NCBI GenBank assembly: GCA_044226195.1 | Contig: JBGAHO010000013.1 | Location: forward strand, 16,465 to 80,464 | Source: Steroidobacteraceae bacterium | Lineage (GTDB): Bacteria > Pseudomonadota > Gammaproteobacteria > Steroidobacterales > Steroidobacteraceae | Length of the DNA: 64,000 bases | Direction: 5' to 3' | Part shown: positions 12,814 to 20,803 of the stretch, piece after piece | Layout of the letters: the number at the start of each line of letters is the position of its first letter | Position numbering within the stretch: the first letter of the stretch is position 1 | The notes under the pieces: generated by a model | What the model saw: only the letters and a program-made list of their open reading frames with translations | Told to the model about the DNA's origin: nothing | Database searches by the model: none | Translations under genes and position numbers: made by a program

Positions 12814-15800
12814 TCAGAGGTCCTTCAGGTTGTCGTCGGAATTGCGGTCCACCCATTTGTTGAACGGATCGACCCCCGCCACTTTCGGCTCGCGATCGAC
12901 CACGAGGCGCAGCGTCTGTCGGCCACTCTTCAGCGGGAGCCGCTGCACCGCGATCACGCTCCTGCCGTCGTAGCCCTTCTTGCCCGGCTCGACCGTGAAC
13001 ACGCCGACGTCCACCGTCTCCGCCAACGGTGCTTCGGTTTCCCTGCCCTTGCCGTCGGCGTAGAGCTTGCGGGCCTCGACCTCGAGCACCACGTCCCAGC
13101 GCCCGTCCGGACGATGCGTCGAGTGCGCGCTCGTCACCTTCATGTCGTACAGCGTGATCTTCTCGAACAGGTCGGTGATCAGCTGCTGCTGCGAGGGCGA
13201 GGCCACCGCGCGGAAGCGTTCGATGAGGTCGGTCGACTTCGCGTAGGGCGCCGGCTTGAACGCGTACTGGGCCAGCAGGCTGCGCAGCGCTTCGTTCACG
13301 CGTTCCGCGCCGATCTGGTCCTTCAGCAGGTACAGTGCCAGGCCGCCCTTCTGGTAATGGATGTAGCCCTGGTTCTCGACGCGTGCCAGCGGCAGTTCCT
13401 CGAGCTTCTCGCCGCCGCGCAACCGCAGGTACTTGTCGAGCTCGAACTTCAGGAACTTGCGGATCTGGTCGGGCCCGTACATCCGCTCCATCACCATCAG
13501 CGCGGAATACTGCGCCAGCGACTCGACCAGGAACGTTCCACCCTGCTGGTCGGAACTGATCAGCTGGTGACCCCACCATTGGTGACCGACTTCGTGCGCC
13601 GTGATGTACGTGACCATGTCGATCTTCTCGGGATCGCGGTAATCGGCGATGAAGCCGATGCCTTCGGAGTACGGGATGGTGTTGGCGAACGACTGCGCGA
13701 ACTGCGCGTAATCGGGGAATTCGAGGATGCGCACCTGGCGGAACTGGTACGGACTGAAGTTCGCCGTGTAGTAGTCCAGCGACGCCTTCATCGCCTGGTT
13801 CATGCGCGCGACGTTGTAGCCGTGCGCCGGATCGTGATACACGGCGAGTTCCACGCCCTTCCAGCGATCGCGCGCGACCTGGTAGCGCGCGGACTGCACC
13901 GAGAAGAAGTTCTGGATCGGCGACTCGCTGCGGTAGCGCGCCGTGCGGCGGCCGCCGGCGACCGTCTCGGCGACGAGATAGCCGGGCGCCACGGCCACCT
14001 GGTCCGCCGACGTGGACACCGTGATGTCCGAGGTCACCCAGTCGCTGTCGTGGCGCAGGCCGTTGAACTGTCGCGCGCGGTCGTCTTCGAGCTTCGCGGG
14101 GCGCAGCTCCGGCGGCAGGCCGTACTTGCGGCGCGTCGCCCGGTCCTGCAGCAGTCCCTCGCGGCTCATGCCGAGCAGCGGCGCGATTTCCGTGTTGTCG
14201 AGGAACGTGCCGTTGTCGACGATCCGGTACTCGTTGTGGGAATTGCGGAAGCCCTTCTGCTCGCGCAGGGCTGCGAACCGGATGCGGCGCGTCTCCATCG
14301 GCGCCATCGGCCGCGCGAACCGGTAGATCCGGTAGTCACGGTCCTTGTATTCCTTCTCGACGGCTGCGCCCTCGACGTCCAGCGCGACCATCTGGAGCGG
14401 CTCCAGCCAGCGCACGTGCACCGCCTCGAGCGGCCGCCCGGTGCGGTTCTGGATGACGTAGCTGCCGTGGATGACGGCGCGCGGCTCCGCGGGGTACAGC
14501 GCGACGTCGAGCACCACGTCGGTGATCCGCGGCTGCGGCACGTTCTCGTAGCGGATCAGCTGCTTTTCGTACTCCGCCTGCTCGCGTTCGCCGTCGAGCT
14601 CCGTCCGGTAGTCGTTGAGGACGTTGGTGTTGTAGAAGATCCAGCCGCCGAGCGCGGCCATGGCGAGCACGGCCGCGGCAGACACGAGACCCGGCGTGCC
14701 GCGCAGCCGACGCGGCAGCAGGCGCAGGCGGACGACCAGCGGCGCACCTGCGCCCCGTCGCCACAGCGCGTAAGCGACGACCGCGAGGATGACCGCCCCG
14801 GCGCTCCAGTAGGCGCGGAACCACCACGCGAAGCCCGCGAAATCGCCGCTGCCGTTCATGTCGGACAGCGGCACGCCCGGCGTACCGGCGTACTGGTAGA
14901 GGTTGTGCTCGAAGCCGAGCCGGTCGAGCGTGACCTGCGCGACGACGAACAGCAGCATCAGCATCCAGCCGACGGTCTTGTGCGGCACCAGTGTCTGCAT
15001 GAAGAGCGCCAGCACGGCGAACAGCACGACGGTGACGGTCTCGGGGAGCACGTACCACGCGAGGTAGTGGCCGACCTGGAAATCGAAGTAGCCCTTGAGC
15101 GCCTGCGTGGCGAGCGCCGCCAGCACACTCGCCGCCAGCGTGCCGAACAGCACGATCGAGATCGCGAGGATCTTGGGCACGACGAACGCCCAGTCGGGTG
15201 CGGGCGTCGCGTCGATGATTTCGTGCACGCGCCGCTCGCGGTCGCGCCAGACGAGTTCGCCGGCGTAGTAGATGGCGACGATCAGCGGGATGATCGTGAA
15301 GGCGCCGCGCAGCGCATCGATCATCACGCGCGTGACGGGATGGATCGTGTTGCCGTACAGCTCGTCGGCGTACCAGAGCGAGCCCAGCGAGTTCACGAAG
15401 CCGATGCCGAGCAGCACGATGAACGCCGGGCTGCGCACGGCCGCGGCGACGTCGAAACGGGCCAGCGCCCACATCTGGCTCCACCCGGACGACTGCGAGG
15501 GCAGCGGCCGGGCGGCGGGCGTCGAACGAACCGGCGGCAACGCGTCGTCGGGAATGGTCGCCGCGACCTTGGCGCTCTTCCCGCCCTGGCGGCTGCCTTG
15601 CGCCGCGCGGGAGTAGAGCGTCCACGCGAGTCCGAGCAGCGCGAAGGCGATGCCGACCCACAGGACGCGGTTCCAGAGGATGTAGCCCGTGAAATCCGGC
15701 AGTCGCGTATTGCGCTCGGCGGCCGTCCAGTAGCGGGTCGCCTGGTCGTAGGCGCCGAGTCCGAACGGATCCATCAGCGCCACGGCATTGATGAACTCGG

Positions 15801-16392
15801 GCCGCGAGAAGAAACCGGTCGCGACGAGGTACAGCACGAGGAACACGATCACGCCGACGTAGGTCCACATCATCGAACGCGTGGCGGTGGCGATCGCGAA
15901 GAAGCCCGCGCCCGTGACGAACAGCGTCGGCACGCAGATGAGGAAGTACGTGTAGGCGTAGTGGCCGGCATCGAACGGGCCGAGCACTTCCGGATCCAGC
16001 CACGGCATGGCCGCGCCGACGATCATGCCGAGCGGGGCACTCAGGAACAGCAGGCACCCGGCGCCGAACGCGCCGGTGAAGCGGCCGAACAGGTAGTCGA
16101 AGCGGGACAGCCGCGTCGAATGGATGATCGGCCCGAAATTGGTTTCGTCGTCGCGCACCACGACGTTCGCGACGAACGCCGTGAGGATGAAGATCGAGAA
16201 CACGCTCATGACGAGCAGCGTCTGGGCGATCGCGTACGGCGAGTTCTTGAGGACGTTGCCGCCGGAGCCGATGTGCACGTTGTCCGACGCGGTGGCGGCG
16301 AACGTGAGCAGCATGAAGATGAAGAACGTCACCCAGAAGGCGGGCGACTTGAGCTGGTAGCGCAGCTCGAAGGACGCGACGGAGCGGAACAT
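12814..16392 (-). CDS. ABC-2 type permease fused to a C-terminal M1-family (gluzincin) zinc peptidase domain
   Basis: Inside ORF 12814..16689. ATG at 16392 (checked) gives MFRSVASFELRYQLKSPAFWV. About 640 aa of polytopic membrane region come first, then a final TM helix. A soluble domain follows with HEVGHQWWGH...FLVESLAQY (HExxH plus distal Glu). 1192 aa. Confidence 0.8.
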   Translation of the reverse strand: MFRSVASFELRYQLKSPAFWVTFFIFMLLTFAATASDNVHIGSGGNVLKNSPYAIAQTLLVMSVFSIFILTAFVANVVVRDDETNFGPIIHSTRLSRFDYLFGRFTGAFGAGCLLFLSAPLGMIVGAAMPWLDPEVLGPFDAGHYAYTYFLICVPTLFVTGAGFFAIATATRSMMWTYVGVIVFLVLYLVATGFFSRPEFINAVALMDPFGLGAYDQATRYWTAAERNTRLPDFTGYILWNRVLWVGIAFALLGLAWTLYSRAAQGSRQGGKSAKVAATIPDDALPPVRSTPAARPLPSQSSGWSQMWALARFDVAAAVRSPAFIVLLGIGFVNSLGSLWYADELYGNTIHPVTRVMIDALRGAFTIIPLIVAIYYAGELVWRDRERRVHEIIDATPAPDWAFVVPKILAISIVLFGTLAASVLAALATQALKGYFDFQVGHYLAWYVLPETVTVVLFAVLALFMQTLVPHKTVGWMLMLLFVVAQVTLDRLGFEHNLYQYAGTPGVPLSDMNGSGDFAGFAWWFRAYWSAGAVILAVVAYALWRRGAGAPLVVRLRLLPRRLRGTPGLVSAAAVLAMAALGGWIFYNTNVLNDYRTELDGEREQAEYEKQLIRYENVPQPRITDVVLDVALYPAEPRAVIHGSYVIQNRTGRPLEAVHVRWLEPLQMVALDVEGAAVEKEYKDRDYRIYRFARPMAPMETRRIRFAALREQKGFRNSHNEYRIVDNGTFLDNTEIAPLLGMSREGLLQDRATRRKYGLPPELRPAKLEDDRARQFNGLRHDSDWVTSDITVSTSADQVAVAPGYLVAETVAGGRRTARYRSESPIQNFFSVQSARYQVARDRWKGVELAVYHDPAHGYNVARMNQAMKASLDYYTANFSPYQFRQVRILEFPDYAQFAQSFANTIPYSEGIGFIADYRDPEKIDMVTYITAHEVGHQWWGHQLISSDQQGGTFLVESLAQYSALMVMERMYGPDQIRKFLKFELDKYLRLRGGEKLEELPLARVENQGYIHYQKGGLALYLLKDQIGAERVNEALRSLLAQYAFKPAPYAKSTDLIERFRAVASPSQQQLITDLFEKITLYDMKVTSAHSTHRPDGRWDVVLEVEARKLYADGKGRETEAPLAETVDVGVFTVEPGKKGYDGRSVIAVQRLPLKSGRQTLRLVVDREPKVAGVDPFNKWVDRNSDDNLKDL

Positions 16393-16400
16393 GGCGCGCC

Positions 16401-17282
16401 TCAGGCCGCGTGGCGACGGGACGCGGCCAGGGTCGCGAAGTACACGTCCTCCAGCCCGCCTTCGACCGGCTCGAAGCCGTCCCCGGGGCTGTGGTCGGCC
16501 AGCACGTGGATCACGGTGCGCCCGCCGAACAGGCGCGTCGCAATGACCTGGTGCTCGCGGCGATGTGCCTCGAGGGCCGGCTTGTCGATGGTCTTGCGCC
16601 AGACGCGGCCGCGCATCGAGGCGATCAGCTCGAGCGGCGCGCCGGTGGTGACGATGCGGCCGCTCGCGATGATGGCCATCGCCGGGCACAGGTCGGCCAC
16701 GTCCTCGACGATGTGCGTGGAGAGGATCACGACCACGTTCTCGCCGATCTCGGCGAGCAGGTTGAGGAAGCGGTTGCGCTCCTCGGGGTCGAGGCCCGCG
16801 GTCGGTTCGTCGACGATGATCAGCTGCGGCTGGCCGATCAGCGCCTGGGCGATGCCGAAGCGCTGGCGCATGCCGCCCGAGAACCCGGCCAGCGCCTTCT
16901 TGCGCACCTCCCAGAGGTTGACCTGGTGCAGCAGCGCCTCCACGGTCTCGCGCCGCTCGCGACGCCCGGCGATGCCCTTCAGCACCGCGAGGTGGTCGAG
17001 CATGTCCAGCGCGGACACGCGCGGGTAGACGCCGAAATCCTGTGGCAGGTAGCCGAGCGTCCGGCGCAAGGCGTCGGGGTTGGCCAGCACGTCGAGGTCG
17101 CCGAAGCGGATCGCGCCGCTCGTCGGGATCTGGAGCGTCGCGATGCAGCGCATCAGCGAGGACTTACCGGCGCCGTTCGGGCCGAGCAGGCCGAACATGC
17201 CGCGCGGCAGGGTGAGGTTGACGCCGTCCAGGGCGCGCGTGCCGTTGGGGTACACGTGCACGAGGTTCTCGATCCGCAGCAT
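16401..17282 (-). CDS. ABC transporter ATP-binding protein
   Basis: ORF 293 aa. Walker A GPNGAGKSS, signature FSGGMRQR, Walker B LIIVDEP. Its stop lies 8 nt before the permease start. Confidence 0.93.
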   Translation of the reverse strand: MLRIENLVHVYPNGTRALDGVNLTLPRGMFGLLGPNGAGKSSLMRCIATLQIPTSGAIRFGDLDVLANPDALRRTLGYLPQDFGVYPRVSALDMLDHLAVLKGIAGRRERRETVEALLHQVNLWEVRKKALAGFSGGMRQRFGIAQALIGQPQLIIVDEPTAGLDPEERNRFLNLLAEIGENVVVILSTHIVEDVADLCPAMAIIASGRIVTTGAPLELIASMRGRVWRKTIDKPALEAHRREHQVIATRLFGGRTVIHVLADHSPGDGFEPVEGGLEDVYFATLAASRRHAA

Positions 17283-17326
17283 GTCGGCGACTCCCGGCCG
17301 GTGGGGTCCGGCGTGTTGTGGCGGGC

Positions 17327-17356
17327 ATGCTACGGATCGCTAGGTGTTATGGTCAA
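17327..17356 (-). promoter_or_regulatory. Candidate sigma70 promoter of the ABC/M1 operon
   Basis: Minus strand reads TTGACC (17356-17351), an 18-nt spacer, TAGCAT (17332-17327). A GGGAG RBS sits 8 nt before the ATG at 17282. Confidence 0.3.
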
Positions 17357-17448
17357 CTACAACACCAAACAACTGCGACGACGGGTTTCGCGGATACGAC
17401 CAGCCGTGTCCGGCGTTCAAACCACTGGCCGGGGGAGCGGTGCCGGGC

Positions 17449-19422
17449 TCAGGCGAGCGGCACGGTGAACCAGAAGGTCGAGCCTTCCCCCGGCACGCTG
17501 ACCACCCCGATGTCCCCGTTCATGGCGCCGACCATGCGGCGGCAGATGGCGAGGCCGAGGCCGGTGCCCGAGCGCATGTGGCCCGGATGCTCGATGCGCT
17601 GGAAGGGGGTGAACAGCTTCGACTGCTGGTCCACCGGGATGCCGAGGCCGGTGTCGATCACCTCGACGCGCGCGGCCCCGTCGACGAGGCGCACGCGGAT
17701 CTGCACGTGACCGCGCACCGTGTACTTGACCGCGTTCGACAGCAGGTTTCGCGTCACCTGCGCCAGCCGGCGCGGATCGGCGCGCACCATCAGGGACTCG
17801 TCGCATTCGAGCGGCTTCAGCTCGAGGTTGGCGTTCTGCGCCTGCAGGCGCACCGCATCGAGCTGTTCCTGCAGCACGGCGTGCAGCCGTGTCGGCATGG
17901 GGTTCATCACGAGGCTGCCCGCCTCGATGCTCGACAGGTCGAGGATCTCGTCGACGAGATCGAGCAGCTGCTGGCCCGACAGCCGGATCAGGCGCACCTG
18001 CCGCGCCTGGTCGTCGCGCAGCGGTCCGGTCATGCCTTCGTCGAGCAGGCCGCTGAAGCCGATGATGGCGTTGAGCGGCGTGCGCAGCTCGTGACTCACG
18101 GTCGCGAGGAACGCGCTCTTCGCGCGGCTCGCGCCGCGCGCCTCGTCGAGCGCACGCACGAGTTCGGCGGTGCGCTGTCGCACCAGCTCCTCGAGTTCAT
18201 CGCGATGGCGCGTGAGGTTGCGATTGGCTTCCTCGATGCGCCGGCTCGCGGCGACCAGCTCGGTCTCCAGCTCGACCGCCTTGGTGATGTCGCGCACGAC
18301 GCCGCCGGCGCGCTGCGCCGTGGGCGTCGAGCCGGACTTGAAGACGGCGGCGATGTGGAGGTGACGGATGCGACGGCCCGGCAGGAACAGCCGGAACTGG
18401 TCCTCGGTCGCGAGGCCGGTCTGGCTCGCCTCGACGATGCGGCGGCGGATGCGTTCCTGGTCGTCGCGGTGGATGCGCTGTACCCACATGTCGAGCGTCA
18501 CGCCCATGCGTCCGACGGCTTCCGGCACTTCGAAGAAGCGGCAAGTGCGCGCATCGAAGTGGATCAACTGGTCGTGCGATCCGTCGTAGCTCCACACGCC
18601 GAGTTCGCCGGCTTCGAGCGCCGTCTCGAGCTGCTGAGTCAGTTCGCGGCTGGCGGCTTGGGCGGCCTGCACCGCGGTGACGTCCTCCTGGATCAGCACC
18701 ACTTCCTGGATCTCGCCGCTCGCATTGCGGGACGGGTAGATGACGGTGCGGACCTGCCGCTTGCCGCCACTGCCCGCCACTCCGGCCTTCACTGGCCGGT
18801 CGTATTCGACGATCGTCGTCGACGGCCCGTGGCCGGCAAACGCATTGAGCACGCCCTGCATCAGGCCCGTGCGGTTCAGCTGGGTGTCGATCAGCACGTT
18901 GTAGTCGGCCAGTTCGTCGAGCGAGACGCCCCAGAGCTGCTCCCACGCGCGATTCACGCCGCGGGTGCGGCCGTCCGGTCCCACGACCTGGATGGCGAGC
19001 GGCGACTGCTCCATCAGCGTGCGATAGCGCGTCTCGGAGTCGCGCAGGGCCACCTCGGCGCGCTTGGTGTCGCGCAGGTCGACGAACTCCCAGAGCACGC
19101 AGCGTCGGCCCCCCATGTCGAAGGTGACGCCGCTGACGTAATGGGGCACGACCTGCCCCTTGATCAGGATGTCGATCTCCTCGCGCTGCACGCGGCCGTT
19201 GCGCCGCAGCTCGTCGAGGATGCGTTCGCGGGCCTCGACCGAACGCCACACGCCGAGCTCCGCCCCGGAACGACCACGGGCCACTTCGGGCGGGATGCCG
19301 GTCGCCTGAGACCACACCGCATTGACGTCGAGCAGCAGGCCGGTCTCGACGTCCGTGATGGCCATGCCGAGGATCGACGCGTTGAAGACGGTCGAGTAAT
19401 CGAGGGGGAGCGGCTTGCTCAC
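17449..19422 (-). CDS. Cytoplasmic multi-PAS sensor histidine kinase (start uncertain)
   Basis: C-terminal part of ORF 17449..20529. H-box SHELRTPLNAI plus an HATPase region (DTGLGIP, GTGLGLAI). Several PAS-like modules and no TM segment. The upstream part of the ORF overlaps prpF, so an in-frame GTG at 19422 is the most upstream start consistent with prpF ending at 19560. Confidence 0.85.
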   Translation of the reverse strand: MSKPLPLDYSTVFNASILGMAITDVETGLLLDVNAVWSQATGIPPEVARGRSGAELGVWRSVEARERILDELRRNGRVQREEIDILIKGQVVPHYVSGVTFDMGGRRCVLWEFVDLRDTKRAEVALRDSETRYRTLMEQSPLAIQVVGPDGRTRGVNRAWEQLWGVSLDELADYNVLIDTQLNRTGLMQGVLNAFAGHGPSTTIVEYDRPVKAGVAGSGGKRQVRTVIYPSRNASGEIQEVVLIQEDVTAVQAAQAASRELTQQLETALEAGELGVWSYDGSHDQLIHFDARTCRFFEVPEAVGRMGVTLDMWVQRIHRDDQERIRRRIVEASQTGLATEDQFRLFLPGRRIRHLHIAAVFKSGSTPTAQRAGGVVRDITKAVELETELVAASRRIEEANRNLTRHRDELEELVRQRTAELVRALDEARGASRAKSAFLATVSHELRTPLNAIIGFSGLLDEGMTGPLRDDQARQVRLIRLSGQQLLDLVDEILDLSSIEAGSLVMNPMPTRLHAVLQEQLDAVRLQAQNANLELKPLECDESLMVRADPRRLAQVTRNLLSNAVKYTVRGHVQIRVRLVDGAARVEVIDTGLGIPVDQQSKLFTPFQRIEHPGHMRSGTGLGLAICRRMVGAMNGDIGVVSVPGEGSTFWFTVPLA

Positions 19423-19559
19423 GGCCTGGGGTCCGGGCTCCAAGTAAGGACTGGCTTGCCTGACGGACCATCTTGCAGCCCGCCGGCGCCGCTGCCAATG
19501 CGGATTGATCCGAATCGGGCCCGCGACGCGAGCCGCTTCACGCTTTGGCCCGCCGGGCC

Positions 19560-20738
19560 TCAGCCGGGGACGCGCACCCAGCCTTCCATCAGGATCCGCG
19601 CGCTGCGGCTCATGATCGCCTTGGTGACGGTCCACTGGCCGTCGACCAGGCGCGCCTCCGCGCCCACCCGCAGCGTGCCGGACGGGTGGCCGAAGCGCAC
19701 GGCCGTGCGTTCGCCGCCGCCGGCCGCCTGATTGACCAGCGTGCCCGGGATGGCCGCGGCGGTGCCGATGGCGACCGCGGCCGTGCCCATCATCGCGTGG
19801 TGCAGCTTGCCCATGGAGAGCGCACGCACGAGCAAGTCGATGTCCTGGGCGGCGACGGTCTTGCCGCTCGACGCGAGGTAGTCCCGCGGCGGGGCGACGA
19901 ACGCGATCTTGGGCGTGTGCTGCCGCTTCTGCGCTTCCTCGGGTGTCTTGATCAGGCCCATGCGCAGTGCGCCGGCGACGCGGATCTTCTCGAAACGCGC
20001 GAGCTGCTGCGGGTCGCCGTTGATCGCCTCCCGCAGTTCGGTGCCGGTGTAGCCGATGTCGGCCGCGTTCACGAACACCGTCGGGATGCCCGCGGTGATC
20101 ATCGTGGCCTGGAACGTGCCGACACCCGGGACCTCGAGGTCGTCCACGAGCTGGCCGGTCGGGAACATCGAGCCGCTGCCCTCGCCCTCGTCGGACGGGT
20201 CGATGAACTCGAGCACGATCTCGGCCGCGGGGAACGTGACACCGTCGAGTTCGAAGTCGCCGGTCTCCTGCACCTGGCCGTCGGTGACCGGCACGTGCGC
20301 GATGATCGTCTTGCCGATGTTCGCCTGCCAGATGCGCACGGTGCAGGTGCCGTTGCGCGGCACGCGCGCGGCGTCGACGAAACCCGCGTGGATCGCGAAG
20401 GCGCCGGCGGCCGTCGAGAGGTTGCCGCAGTTGCCGCTCCAGTCCACGAATGCCTTGTCGATCGACACCTGGCCGTACAGGTAGTCCACGTCGTGGTCGG
20501 GCCTCGCGCTCTTCGCGAGGATCACGCACTTGCTCGTGCTCGAGGTCGCGCCGCCCATGCCGTCGATGTGCGCGGCGTACGGATCGGGGCTGCCGATCAC
20601 GCGCAGGAACAGCTTGTCCCGTGCCTCACCCGGCACCTGCGCCGCGACGGGCAGGTCCTGCAGGCGGAAGAACACGCCCTTGCTGGTGCCGCCGCGCATG
20701 TACGTCGCCGGAATGCGGATCTGCGGGGATGGGGACAT
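19560..20738 (-). CDS. prpF: 2-methylaconitate cis-trans isomerase PrpF
   Basis: ORF 392 aa, MSPSPQIRIPATYMRGGTSKGVFF. Directly downstream of acnD. The ATG (20736-20738) lies inside repeat copy 2. Confidence 0.9.
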   Translation of the reverse strand: MSPSPQIRIPATYMRGGTSKGVFFRLQDLPVAAQVPGEARDKLFLRVIGSPDPYAAHIDGMGGATSSTSKCVILAKSARPDHDVDYLYGQVSIDKAFVDWSGNCGNLSTAAGAFAIHAGFVDAARVPRNGTCTVRIWQANIGKTIIAHVPVTDGQVQETGDFELDGVTFPAAEIVLEFIDPSDEGEGSGSMFPTGQLVDDLEVPGVGTFQATMITAGIPTVFVNAADIGYTGTELREAINGDPQQLARFEKIRVAGALRMGLIKTPEEAQKRQHTPKIAFVAPPRDYLASSGKTVAAQDIDLLVRALSMGKLHHAMMGTAAVAIGTAAAIPGTLVNQAAGGGERTAVRFGHPSGTLRVGAEARLVDGQWTVTKAIMSRSARILMEGWVRVPG

Positions 20739-20803
20739 TCCTCTTTTCCTCGATGAGTAGGTCTCTCGCTCGGTCCGCGCCCTGGAAAAAGAGGAATGTC
20801 CCC
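20731..20803. repeat. REPIN-like inverted repeat, copy 2 (38-nt loop)
   Basis: GGGGACATTCCTCTTTT (20731-20747) ... AAAAAGAGGAATGTCCCC (20786-20803). Fills the whole acnD-prpF intergenic space. Confidence 0.9.

Noticed and set aside
12427-17028. 1533-aa plus-strand ORF, the longest in the track
   Set aside because: It is antisense to the ABC ATPase, the permease-M1 gene and rsmG. The translation is Arg/Ala/His/Asp/Val-rich low complexity with no motifs, a typical shadow ORF of GC-rich DNA, whereas the minus strand encodes recognisable proteins.
19423-20529. N-terminal 369 codons of ORF 17449..20529
   Set aside because: They overlap prpF in another frame with no domain signal. The kinase must start downstream of the prpF stop.
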